64,000 nt of DNA, taken from positions 21,868 through 85,867 of IMG/VR virus record IMGVR_UViG_3300031994_000061, one strand, 5' to 3'. Position 1 is the first letter of the stretch; each line of letters opens with the position of its first letter. The notes beneath the pieces are model-generated. The model did not search any database and was not told the DNA's origin. It saw nothing but the letters and a program-made list of their open reading frames with translations. Positions 25,973 to 35,217 of the stretch are shown here, one piece after another. Source of the DNA: a virus (lineage: Duplodnaviria; Caudoviricetes). A program made the position numbers and the translations under genes.

Positions 25973-28459
25973 TTACTTGATTTCAATCTGGTCGTTTAAG
26001 CATGACGCACTGAATACGTAGTTTATTGGATATTCATTTGTCAACATGAGGTCTGTAATCTTATCCTCAAGGCTCGTCTGGATAAGTCTGATGATTGGTC
26101 TAGCACCGAATTCCTTAGACTTAAGAGCTTCAGCATGAATGCATGTAACTACATCATCAGTATAAGTTATACTATATTCTAAGCTATTTAATCTCTTATT
26201 AAACTTATTAATTTCCAATTTAACTATATCCTTAAGATTATCATCTGATAAACTATTGAAGTATACTATTTGGTCCAATCTATTTATAAATTCTGGTGTA
26301 AATTTCTTCTTGAGTTCCTTATCAATAATAGACTTCTTATTAGCTTCTTCACTGTTTACAAATCCTACTCCATTTCCAAGCTCTGCTGCCTTTCTAGCAC
26401 CAATGTTGGATGTCATGAGTACGATGACGTTCTTGAAGTTTACAATCTGTCCAGAGCTGTCTGTAAGTCTACCTTCATCGAACAACTGGAGGAATATGTT
26501 ATATACTTCCTGGTCAGCCTTCTCAATCTCATCAAGTAGCAATACACAGTGTTGTTTGTGCTTAACCTGTTCTGTCAGTTGTCCACCATTCTCATATCCC
26601 ACATATCCAGGAGCAGCACCAGTTAGTTTCGCTACTGAGTTTTTCTCTGAATACTCAGACATATCGATTCTGATAAGTGCTTTTTCATCACCGAATATCT
26701 CTTCAGCAAGTTTCTTTGCAATGAGTGTTTTACCAGAACCAGTAGGTCCTACCATCAAAATATTGGCAAGTGTCTTGGACTTATCACCAAGTCCTACCTT
26801 ATTTCTCTTGATAACCCTACAAACACTATCAACAGCCTCATCCTGTCCAATAACGCTCTCCTTAAGAATCTTGTCGATGTTGGCTATCTTGGCTTTCTCA
26901 CTCACTGACAGTTTGCTTACAGGTATCTTAGTCATTTCAGAAACCACATCAGCAATATTGTCTTCAGTGATTTCTATTGTATCTATCTTTAGTTTCTTAA
27001 TATCCCTCTTGTAGTCTGCCATATCAGATGCTAGGACGTTTTCCTCGATTGTAAGGGAGTCTATGAGTTCAAAGTCACCGTTGTTAAGAGCATTGTACTT
27101 TTCTGCCTCTATTTCCCTCATTCTCTTTTTCGTGTTCTGTATCTCTACTGGTTCTCTCTCCAGAAGTGATGTGCTAGCACCAGCGAGGTCGATAATATCA
27201 AACGCTGAGTCTGGAAGGCATCTATCTGTAACGTACCTATCAGCAAGTTCTACAGCTTTCTTAATAGTTTTCTCATCGTATGAAACCCTGTGGAACTGCT
27301 CGTAATATCTTTTATTATTCTCAAGTATTTCTATTGATTCTTCAACAGTATTAGGCTCAATAATAATCTTCTGTAATTTTCTTGATATTGATGTATTATT
27401 CTCGATAGAGTTCCTGTAGTCCTTGAATGTTGTTGTACCTATAATCTTAAGTTTACCCTCTGACAATGCATTACTAATCATTCCAGAAATATCAGTGTCT
27501 TTATCCTTACTTCCATTTTTGAGTACATTGTGCATGTCATCAATGAAAAGGATATATTTATCAGAAGCTTGCAATTCAGTGAATAAACCATTTATTCTCT
27601 CTTCAAACATACCTCTGAAGTGTGTTCCACTTACCAATGCCATTATGTTGAGGAGTACGATTTCCTTACCTTCGAGTATGGATGGTACTTTTCCAGCTTC
27701 TATGAGACTTGCAAGTCCATATACGATTGCTGTCTTACCACAACCTCCACGACCAACCAATACGGCATTATTTTTCTTTCTCCTAGATAATGTTTTTATG
27801 ATTTCCTTGATTTCACTCTCTCTTCCAACAATATCATCAATTTCACCGTTTCTAGCCATCTTGTTGATACTGATGGTGTACTTGGATATGAAATCATCTG
27901 TTAGACTTGAAACAGGCTTTGCATTAACCTGGCTCTTGAGAGGTATTGCAGCCGATTTTGTTTTCAGACTCTTAGGAGATTTACTTTCTGTTTTATCTTT
28001 CTTCGGTACATCACACTTATTCTGTATGAACTCATACTCAAGTCTGAACTTTTCAAACACTTCTGAGTTCTTGAAACCATATTCCTTATTTAATACAGCT
28101 AACAGGACATGTTCTGTACCTATTTCTACATTCTTCAACTTATCTCTTTCTTTCTTGGCACATTCAAGAAGCCTAACAAGCTCATCACTGAATTTTATCT
28201 CTCCAACCAAACTTACTTGAGGGTTAACATGAGTTTCAATTGCAGACTCATATACTTTCTTAAGTTCCTCAAGATTGTTTGACATGAGACAATTGTCAAG
28301 AATAAGATTTGCATGACAGTTCCTTATGTCCAGTATTGACAGAATAAGATACTCTGGAGTCAGTATGTCCGTAGGGAACATGCCAGGAAGTGTGTTAGAC
28401 ATATACTCCAACACATCATTCAATTCTAAAGTGTAAGTGTTATCTTTCTTTCTACTCAT
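25973..28459 (-). CDS. clpC: ClpC/ClpB-family AAA+ chaperone
   Basis: Clp-N repeats (TPEYLILSIL, GTEHVLLAVL), GRGGCGKT, RCLPDSAFDIID, short UVR-like middle domain, GPTGSGKT, PGYVGY, LLLDEIEKA, VGF loop, FGARP. Confidence 0.92.
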   Translation of the reverse strand: MSRKKDNTYTLELNDVLEYMSNTLPGMFPTDILTPEYLILSILDIRNCHANLILDNCLMSNNLEELKKVYESAIETHVNPQVSLVGEIKFSDELVRLLECAKKERDKLKNVEIGTEHVLLAVLNKEYGFKNSEVFEKFRLEYEFIQNKCDVPKKDKTESKSPKSLKTKSAAIPLKSQVNAKPVSSLTDDFISKYTISINKMARNGEIDDIVGRESEIKEIIKTLSRRKKNNAVLVGRGGCGKTAIVYGLASLIEAGKVPSILEGKEIVLLNIMALVSGTHFRGMFEERINGLFTELQASDKYILFIDDMHNVLKNGSKDKDTDISGMISNALSEGKLKIIGTTTFKDYRNSIENNTSISRKLQKIIIEPNTVEESIEILENNKRYYEQFHRVSYDEKTIKKAVELADRYVTDRCLPDSAFDIIDLAGASTSLLEREPVEIQNTKKRMREIEAEKYNALNNGDFELIDSLTIEENVLASDMADYKRDIKKLKIDTIEITEDNIADVVSEMTKIPVSKLSVSEKAKIANIDKILKESVIGQDEAVDSVCRVIKRNKVGLGDKSKTLANILMVGPTGSGKTLIAKKLAEEIFGDEKALIRIDMSEYSEKNSVAKLTGAAPGYVGYENGGQLTEQVKHKQHCVLLLDEIEKADQEVYNIFLQLFDEGRLTDSSGQIVNFKNVIVLMTSNIGARKAAELGNGVGFVNSEEANKKSIIDKELKKKFTPEFINRLDQIVYFNSLSDDNLKDIVKLEINKFNKRLNSLEYSITYTDDVVTCIHAEALKSKEFGARPIIRLIQTSLEDKITDLMLTNEYPINYVFSASCLNDQIEIK

Positions 28460-28536
28460 AATTTTTCGTATTACATTTAAAATATAATCAACACAGTCTC
28501 CAAGACAAGAGATTTTTAATTTTTTTTATCTAAATG

Positions 28537-28568
28537 CTTGTTTTTTTAAAACTTTTTTTATATCTTTG
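28537..28568 (+). promoter_or_regulatory. Bacteroidota promoter (CTTG-N20-TATCTTTG)
   Basis: -33 box 28537-28540, -7 box 28561-28568. Confidence 0.8.
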
Positions 28569-28611
28569 CATCACCAAAGAATTTTTTATTAACTTAAAAT
28601 AACACTTTAGT

Positions 28612-29337
28612 ATGAATAATAAGAGAGAATACAATTTCTTCAGAACTGAAGATGGTAAGAAACTAATTGGTTTCGTACCAGAAGGAATTAGGGAACAGTT
28701 CAACACTGAGAGCAAGGAGGCACTAAGGATGCTTCTTGTTTTGGGGCATTTAATTGTACTAGACAGTTTGGGTCGTTTGAAAGAACCTATTACAATTAAT
28801 GGTAATGGTGATAACAGTATCAAAGGTAATATGACTTTTGGTGCTGCTCCAATGAGGAGAGCATTAAACAACCTTATCAAATATGGTCTGGTAGAAATTC
28901 TTAGGAGAACTAACAGTGGTAAAGTTTATAGATTGAATCTCAATCCAGAAGATTTAAGGAAGAAACTTGAAGTTGAAATTGGTATACAAGGTAATGAGAG
29001 TAAGGAGCAGGAGCTTGATTTCCACGAGTTCGAAACTCCAGTTACTGATACTGAAGAAATTTCAACAATCTCTGATGATGAACCTATAAACAGTGAGGAA
29101 ATAAACGATTTCCTAGATATGTTTGAAAAGGAAAATGAATCCCTAAAAGAACAACTAGAGGTTGCAAGAAACACTAATGCTAGATTACTCAGTACAATTG
29201 AGGAGGAAAGGAAGAAGCTGCATGATTTGGAGACTAGATACGAATCTGTAATTAGCGAGAATAAAGACCTCAAAAATACACTCAGTTCTATAAAGAAGAG
29301 AAAGAAATCTTGGGCTGAAAGATTTGGTTTGAGATAA
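28612..29337 (+). CDS. winged-HTH-like protein with C-terminal coiled coil
   Basis: MRRALNNLIKYGLVEI...KVYRL wing-like motif; heptad-rich tail. Confidence 0.6.
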   Translation: MNNKREYNFFRTEDGKKLIGFVPEGIREQFNTESKEALRMLLVLGHLIVLDSLGRLKEPITINGNGDNSIKGNMTFGAAPMRRALNNLIKYGLVEILRRTNSGKVYRLNLNPEDLRKKLEVEIGIQGNESKEQELDFHEFETPVTDTEEISTISDDEPINSEEINDFLDMFEKENESLKEQLEVARNTNARLLSTIEEERKKLHDLETRYESVISENKDLKNTLSSIKKRKKSWAERFGLR

Positions 29338-29346
29338 TGTATTGGT

Positions 29347-29384
29347 AATATCTCACTCTAACGCTAGAGTGAGATATTTTTTTG
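29347..29384 (+). terminator. intrinsic terminator
   Basis: perfect 14-bp stem AATATCTCACTCTA-acgc-TAGAGTGAGATATT plus T tract. Confidence 0.9.
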
Positions 29385-29392
29385 TCAAAAAA

Positions 29393-29424
29393 CTTGTTTT
29401 TTTAACATTTTTTTTATATCTTTG
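29393..29424 (+). promoter_or_regulatory. Bacteroidota promoter (CTTG-N20-TATCTTTG)
   Basis: -33 box 29393-29396, -7 box 29417-29424. Confidence 0.8.
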
Positions 29425-29442
29425 CAAAAAATCGTTAACAAT

Positions 29443-29937
29443 ATGAAGATTTTTAGTTTTTATTCAAATGATGTTGACAGGGTGTGGTATCAATCTAGCA
29501 ACATCAAGTACAGTGAATGTATTGACCATGATAATGAGTTGAAAACCCTTACTGTGGTATTCAATAATGGAACTCAATACAGGTATGACAAAGTCGATGT
29601 GAGAGATTATCTTCTCTTCAAGAACGACGAATCTCAAGGAAAAGCACTTAACCAGTTTATTAAGACGAAGGGTTATTCTTACGAGAAACTGGATAATGCT
29701 GACCTTGCTACTCTGGACGGTGAACTCAGCTTCAGAATGGAAGGTGGGATATTCATTGACTACGATGGGGAAACCCTAAAGATGAGAGATAACATGGATA
29801 AAGTTATCTTCGAGAAAAAGACAAAGGTTAACAAGGAGGTATTAAACGATATGTGTGGCTTGCTTGTTGCTGTTGGAAAGGACATTAAACTAACAACTAC
29901 TAAGGAATTTGACAATGGAGAAACAGGAGATGATTAG
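29443..29937 (+). CDS. KTSC domain protein
   Basis: QSSNIKYSE...LTVVFNNGTQYRYDKV...SQGKALNQFIK; ATG at 29443. Confidence 0.75.
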   Translation: MKIFSFYSNDVDRVWYQSSNIKYSECIDHDNELKTLTVVFNNGTQYRYDKVDVRDYLLFKNDESQGKALNQFIKTKGYSYEKLDNADLATLDGELSFRMEGGIFIDYDGETLKMRDNMDKVIFEKKTKVNKEVLNDMCGLLVAVGKDIKLTTTKEFDNGETGDD

Positions 29938-30226
29938 ACAGTATGAGAGAGCACTTGAAATGTATGGTGTAACAGCTCAGTTTAAGATGCTTGTTGAAGA
30001 GATTGGTGAACTCTTCGCTGCACTTGGAAAATTTGACAGAAGACGTGTTGGAGAAAAAGATGTCATAACTGAAATCGCTGATGCCTCCATAATGGTTGAG
30101 CAGATGGCTACACTCTTCGGGTATGAAGAGTTCGAAGCAGAAAAGGAATATAAATTACAAAGGTTAAAAGAAAGATTGGATAAGCATGAAAGAGAACAGC
30201 ATATCTCAGAGACTCAAGGAGATTAA
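29909..30226 (+). CDS. MazG-like NTP pyrophosphohydrolase
   Basis: LVEEIGEL...ITEIADASIMVEQM. Confidence 0.75.
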   Translation: MTMEKQEMIRQYERALEMYGVTAQFKMLVEEIGELFAALGKFDRRRVGEKDVITEIADASIMVEQMATLFGYEEFEAEKEYKLQRLKERLDKHEREQHISETQGD

Positions 30227-30410
30227 TGAGGAAATAAATGCTCTCTACCAGGAGAAGAGAGCACTGGAAATGGAACAGCAAAGATACTGGGAAGAAATGG
30301 GTTGGATAGGACCGATAATTGCTAGAGCTGAAGATGTACCTATAGCGTGGATGGCTGACTCGGAAGATAATTTGGATAATAGATTTGGTGCTTATGGGAA
30401 TATTGATTAG
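30186..30410 (+). CDS. hypothetical protein
   Basis: ORF track. Confidence 0.55.
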   Translation: MKENSISQRLKEINEEINALYQEKRALEMEQQRYWEEMGWIGPIIARAEDVPIAWMADSEDNLDNRFGAYGNID

Positions 30411-30885
30411 TTCGTTTCCTGGGTGTGGTAAAAGTTACCTAATGAACACTCATGGAAAAAAGGCAAAGATGCTTGACGCATTTACTCCAGAATTGGTTGG
30501 CAACAGAGGAGAAGGTGAATACGACTATAATATATGGGTTGATAATATAATGGGTATTGTTGATGACTATGATATAGTGTTTATACCAGTTGCGGAGAGG
30601 CTGCTTGAGGTATTAAACAACAGGAAGATTGATTATGATATTTTCTATCCATCCAAAGATAGAAGAAAAGAGTTCCTGGAGAATATGGTTAGGAAGAGAG
30701 CCTTAAGAAATGATATTATGATGCTTGACAGAGATTTTGATAAAATTGTTGATAGAATCGATGAGATAGAGGCAGAGAACTGTTACAAGCATAAGATGGA
30801 GGAACAGGGTCATTTTATAGGCAATGATGCTGCAATTATGCAGTATATAAATAACATAGACCAAACACAAGGTAACAATGAGTAG
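30385..30885 (+). CDS. P-loop kinase-like protein
   Basis: ISSFPGCGKS Walker A at the N-terminus. Confidence 0.7.
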   Translation: MVLMGILISSFPGCGKSYLMNTHGKKAKMLDAFTPELVGNRGEGEYDYNIWVDNIMGIVDDYDIVFIPVAERLLEVLNNRKIDYDIFYPSKDRRKEFLENMVRKRALRNDIMMLDRDFDKIVDRIDEIEAENCYKHKMEEQGHFIGNDAAIMQYINNIDQTQGNNE

Positions 30886-31018
30886 AAACCTATCACTGGA
30901 GTGGAAGAATCTACACGAAGCGAGGAAAATAATGAAGCAAATGAAGCGTGAAATGCGTGAGTTAGATTCAATGATGGCTATAGCATGGAAAGAAGTGTGT
31001 CAGCCAGCAAATAATTAA
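30878..31018 (+). CDS. small hypothetical protein (46 aa)
   Basis: MSRNLSLEWKNLHEARK...; fills the gap before thyA; below the ORF-track cutoff. Confidence 0.5.
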   Translation: MSRNLSLEWKNLHEARKIMKQMKREMRELDSMMAIAWKEVCQPANN

Positions 31019-31037
31019 GTAAAAAAAGTTAATATAC

Positions 31038-32174
31038 ATGAATGATGTAGATAAACAGTACCTCCATTTATTGGAAGAAATAATAAGGTTTGGTGACGAG
31101 AGGAATACTAGAGCTGGAGAAGTATTATCATTATTCGGTAAGCAACTTAGATTTGACCTACAAGAAGGATTTCCACTTCTTACCACCAAAAAGGTGTTTA
31201 CAAAAGGTATTATACATGAGTTGTTATGGTTTTTGCAGAGACCATATAATTCTCACGGAAGTATGAATATCGAATATCTTGTTAGAAACGGAGTTCACAT
31301 CTGGGATGATGATGCCTATAGATGGTTTAAGAGCGAAATTTCGAATAAGCAAGAAGACATAAGGGATATTGTTGTATGTGTTTCGGATGATGAAAAATTC
31401 CCATATAAGAAGCCAAGTTATGAATATTGGATTGAAAGGGATTCAAAGATAAAAGACCAAGATTGGCTTAAGAACATAACAAAAGAGGAATTTTTGGAAT
31501 TGACACTCCAAAAAGTTGAAATAAAATTTGGTTGGGCTTACTCATACAGATTTGGTGATTTAGGACCAGTTTATGGAAAACAATGGAGGTCATTTGGAAA
31601 TCTAGAAATTGACCAGATACAGAATATAATAGAAACTCTTAAGACCAATCCTTTTGATAGAAGAATATTATGTATAGCTTTTAATCCAGAACAATTGGAT
31701 GAAATGGCATTACCACCTTGTCACGTAATGTTCCAGTTTTACGCAAGAAAACTGGATATACACGAGAGACTTAAATTGCTTACAGAAATTAATCCAGGGC
31801 ATACACTTACTCATGATGAACTTGATGAACTTGGTATACCAAAATATGGTTTGAGTTGTATGTGGACCCAGCGTTCGGTGGATTGTTGTGCAGGACTGCC
31901 ATTTAATATTGCATCTTATGCACTTTTGACTCATATTATTGCCAAACAGGTAAATATGATTCCAGATGAACTTATTGGAAGTCTTGGAGATTGTCATATT
32001 TACAAGAACCATATTGATGGGGCTAAAGAACAACTTAGTAGGGTTGGGTATAACAACCTTCCAACGTTGAAAATAAGAGAGGTTGGGTCTTTAGAGGACT
32101 TGACAATTGATGATATACAGATATTGAACTACGAGTGTGACCCGCCAATCAAATTCCAATTGAATGTGGGCTAG
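31038..32174 (+). CDS. thyA: thymidylate synthase (with insertions)
   Basis: FPLLTTKK, GPVYGKQWR, LPPCH, QRSVD, PFNIASY, GDCHIY. Confidence 0.95.
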   Translation: MNDVDKQYLHLLEEIIRFGDERNTRAGEVLSLFGKQLRFDLQEGFPLLTTKKVFTKGIIHELLWFLQRPYNSHGSMNIEYLVRNGVHIWDDDAYRWFKSEISNKQEDIRDIVVCVSDDEKFPYKKPSYEYWIERDSKIKDQDWLKNITKEEFLELTLQKVEIKFGWAYSYRFGDLGPVYGKQWRSFGNLEIDQIQNIIETLKTNPFDRRILCIAFNPEQLDEMALPPCHVMFQFYARKLDIHERLKLLTEINPGHTLTHDELDELGIPKYGLSCMWTQRSVDCCAGLPFNIASYALLTHIIAKQVNMIPDELIGSLGDCHIYKNHIDGAKEQLSRVGYNNLPTLKIREVGSLEDLTIDDIQILNYECDPPIKFQLNVG

Positions 32175-32701
32175 TGGTTATAAGGAATCTAGGCAATGTT
32201 ATCAAGGAATCTTACAAGAAGGGACTGGTTGATGAGAAATTGGTAATGGAGGCTGTTGAATCAGCATTCGGTGGTTCTTGTGAGAAGGCATCCAGACGTG
32301 AGGATATATATGACCATGTAGACTTTTGGTGGGACAGCCCACGAAAGGGAAGAATTGGTGTAGATGTCAAGGGTGTCAAGAAGAATAACAGGAGGGATAA
32401 TAGATATGATGACAAGATTCATTGGTTGGAATTACAGAACGTAAACGGTAATCCTGGCTGGTTGTATGGTAAGGCTGAATACATTGCATTCATGACGTTC
32501 AGTAAGATACTGTTCGTAAAGCGTCAGAAACTGCTTTCTTTTGCCCTAGAATGCATTAAAGGGAAGGACGTGGTATACGACACACCAGACAATTGTTACG
32601 TCCCCTACAAGCGAAAGAAATGGGGAAGGGATGACCTTTCGTTCAAGGTCAATACCAGTGACTTGGAGAATATTGCAGAATTCTGTATTGATTGTGCTTA
32701 A
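32174..32701 (+). CDS. PD-(D/E)xK nuclease-like phage protein
   Basis: EDIYDHVDF...GVDVKG...WLELQN. Confidence 0.55.
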   Translation: MVIRNLGNVIKESYKKGLVDEKLVMEAVESAFGGSCEKASRREDIYDHVDFWWDSPRKGRIGVDVKGVKKNNRRDNRYDDKIHWLELQNVNGNPGWLYGKAEYIAFMTFSKILFVKRQKLLSFALECIKGKDVVYDTPDNCYVPYKRKKWGRDDLSFKVNTSDLENIAEFCIDCA

Positions 32702-32729
32702 GATACTTGGACGCAAGTATGACTGTAAT

Positions 32730-32758
32730 TAAGGTGCTGATTTTTTCAGCACCTTTTT
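32730..32758 (+). terminator. intrinsic terminator
   Basis: AAGGTGCTGA-ttttt-TCAGCACCTTTTT. Confidence 0.85.
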
Positions 32759-32784
32759 ATATTTATAGGAAATATTGTTTTATA

Positions 32785-34821
32785 ATGATAATACACTTAA
32801 ACGAAGATATATTCCATAAGCTATTCATTGCAGAAGGTAAACTTACGACACAAGCAAAGAATAGAACATACCAGGTATTGAAAAATGGTAATTCTTGGGT
32901 TGCATCTGTAATAGATAATCCATGTACTGAGGATGGTATGGATGGTAGTATAACATATTTTGATTGGGTTTATAAAGAAATTACTAGCCACTGGTGTAGG
33001 CAAAACATAAAGCTTACTCCAGTTATCGCCAATATTCTTTTTAATGAACTTGGTTTTATGGGAATTAATCCACAAGCTGATAAAATAGCAATGTTTGGTA
33101 AAATTGTTCCTTTATTCGAATCAGACCCTAAACTCGGCTCTTTACCTTGGAATGAAGCTATTAAGTATACATATAATGACCTATACAATTATTTTATGCC
33201 ACAGATAGAGCAAAAAGAACAGGAAACTACTGATAAAATAAATAATGAAACGTATGGTCAAAGCGATTATGATATAATGCATTTAAAAAATTATGAATTG
33301 GCAACAAGGTTTTCTGATTATACAGGTGGATATATGGCAGAGGGTCATAAAATATGCTATACAACATCACGAAATACATGGAATAATTTTACAAATAATG
33401 GGGAATATAATGTGTATGTGTGCCTTAAGCATGGTTTTGAAAGTGTTAAACCAAAACCAGGAGAAGATGCCCCATTTGATGAATATGGTTTATCTATGAT
33501 TTTTGTTATTGTTGACACTAAAGGGAAATTAACAACATCTAATGTAAGATGGAATCATGCGTATGTTGAACAATGGAATAGAAATCATAGAAATGAGCCA
33601 GCTAGAAAGGTTGATAGTATATTGGATGAATATGAAATTTCTAAAATAATAAATCGTAATTTTAAAGAAACATTTACTGGAAAATATAATTTAGGATTAA
33701 AAGAGCTGGAAGAAAAAATAAAAACAGCAGATGATTTTTGGAGTATTAGCGCATATTTTGATTTGGATTTTAATATTGGTAAAGGATTTTATCTTGTTAA
33801 ATATGATGATAATTTTAATGTAGTTGATTTTAATAACAGAAAATTTGTATTTAAAGATTGGTATGATGAGATTACTTCAATACGTAATGGTATTGTAAAC
33901 ATTACTGATATGGGAGTTAGTATGTTGTTTGATGTGTTCGATTCAAGGGAAATTACTAGACGAGTTACTGGAATAAAATTTGTTAATGTTATGGAATCTG
34001 GTGCAGTCGTTATGTATATTAATGATGAATCTAAATTGAAATATCTTTATAATCTTGAAAATGAAATGATTATAAGAAATGAACCATACAAGTCTGTTGA
34101 AGCTATATTTAATGGTCTAGCATATGTTAAATGTACAAATGATTTCTATTCTATAATCAATATGGAAACTGGAGAGGCTTTGTGGCACGAATACTATCAG
34201 AAGCTGTACTTTGTTGGTAATGATTGGGTGATACTTCAAAACCTTGATAGGCAATACTACATCTTTAACAATAGGACAAGAACACTCTTGAATGAAAACG
34301 GATATGACGAAATATGTTATGATAAGAAAAAATTGGCAAACGAACTGTTGTTCGATAAACTAGGCTCAAGATATTCGCCTGGTAGGTATGTACTGGTAAA
34401 AATAGGTGGATTATATTATGCCCAGTTTGAGCATGGCGAATTGCGTAGTATATCAAGTCCAGATGTCTGTGGGTATGATGAACATGAAAAGTACGAGGAA
34501 ATGGCTAAAGAGCTGGATGACTTTATGCATAATGCCCCTTATCCTTTCGGTCATAAGAACTACATGGAGGGACTATATGATTTCTATGTCAACAGAAAAG
34601 AAACGGACGGACTTCTTGAGATAGCTGAAGACTACGTAAAAGTCAATGGAAAATCAATCCTGGAGAGAGATAGAATGAACTTCGATGCTTTTGAACCAGA
34701 AGAGGAGTTAGATAAACTAACATACAAATATATGGAAGCTGCTAGGATGTTAGCTATTGACTATCATTATGTGTTTGACGAAATGAGGAGTGAAGATGAA
34801 TATGAGGGCGAACAGCAATAA
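32785..34821 (+). CDS. large late protein with degenerate leader and beta-repeat-like C-terminal half
   Basis: start reassigned to MIIHLNEDIF after TATTTATA at 32760; AT-rich coding sequence. Confidence 0.75.
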   Translation: MIIHLNEDIFHKLFIAEGKLTTQAKNRTYQVLKNGNSWVASVIDNPCTEDGMDGSITYFDWVYKEITSHWCRQNIKLTPVIANILFNELGFMGINPQADKIAMFGKIVPLFESDPKLGSLPWNEAIKYTYNDLYNYFMPQIEQKEQETTDKINNETYGQSDYDIMHLKNYELATRFSDYTGGYMAEGHKICYTTSRNTWNNFTNNGEYNVYVCLKHGFESVKPKPGEDAPFDEYGLSMIFVIVDTKGKLTTSNVRWNHAYVEQWNRNHRNEPARKVDSILDEYEISKIINRNFKETFTGKYNLGLKELEEKIKTADDFWSISAYFDLDFNIGKGFYLVKYDDNFNVVDFNNRKFVFKDWYDEITSIRNGIVNITDMGVSMLFDVFDSREITRRVTGIKFVNVMESGAVVMYINDESKLKYLYNLENEMIIRNEPYKSVEAIFNGLAYVKCTNDFYSIINMETGEALWHEYYQKLYFVGNDWVILQNLDRQYYIFNNRTRTLLNENGYDEICYDKKKLANELLFDKLGSRYSPGRYVLVKIGGLYYAQFEHGELRSISSPDVCGYDEHEKYEEMAKELDDFMHNAPYPFGHKNYMEGLYDFYVNRKETDGLLEIAEDYVKVNGKSILERDRMNFDAFEPEEELDKLTYKYMEAARMLAIDYHYVFDEMRSEDEYEGEQQ

Positions 34822-34849
34822 AGGTATCATAAACTTGATACCTTTTTTT
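34821..34849 (+). terminator. intrinsic terminator
   Basis: AAGGTATCA-taaact-TGATACCTTTTTTT. Confidence 0.8.
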
Positions 34850-34896
34850 ATTGACTGATATTTATAGAGAAATAACTTAATTAATTATATTTTGAT

Positions 34897-35196
34897 ATGA
34901 AAACTAATATGTTAGACTACATGTACGAGGGTTATGGATATGATATGGACAACCAGCTCCTTTATGTTGATGTTGAGAATTACGAAGAGGCTCTTACAGA
35001 GGAATCAAAGATGTCAACTGCTGGTATGGAGACCCTTACCCACCAGGGAATTGTAGGACACGAGCCACAGCTTGAGGTTGAGAAGGCTAGAAAGTATTCA
35101 GAAGTTGGACAGTTCATTTCTGAGAATGGTGCTAACTATACAGACCTTAGACAGGGTGTTTGCGCTTGCAATCCTAACGGTTCTACAAATCCATAA
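34897..35196 (+). CDS. hypothetical late protein
   Basis: TATTTATA at 34859. Confidence 0.7.
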   Translation: MKTNMLDYMYEGYGYDMDNQLLYVDVENYEEALTEESKMSTAGMETLTHQGIVGHEPQLEVEKARKYSEVGQFISENGANYTDLRQGVCACNPNGSTNP

Positions 35197-35217
35197 TTAT
35201 TTTTTATATTGTTTTGA

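Noticed and set aside
26256-28220. Long opposite-strand ORFs (e.g. 26256-27014, 27423-28220, 40060-40623, 47113-47763, 61325-62026)
   Set aside because: Antisense shadows of well-supported genes; Ser/Leu/Phe-rich with no motifs or promoters.
31038-32174. thyA as a dCMP hydroxymethylase or DNA-hypermodification enzyme because of its insertions
   Set aside because: The specificity Asn in PFNIASY is retained, consistent with ordinary dUMP methylation.
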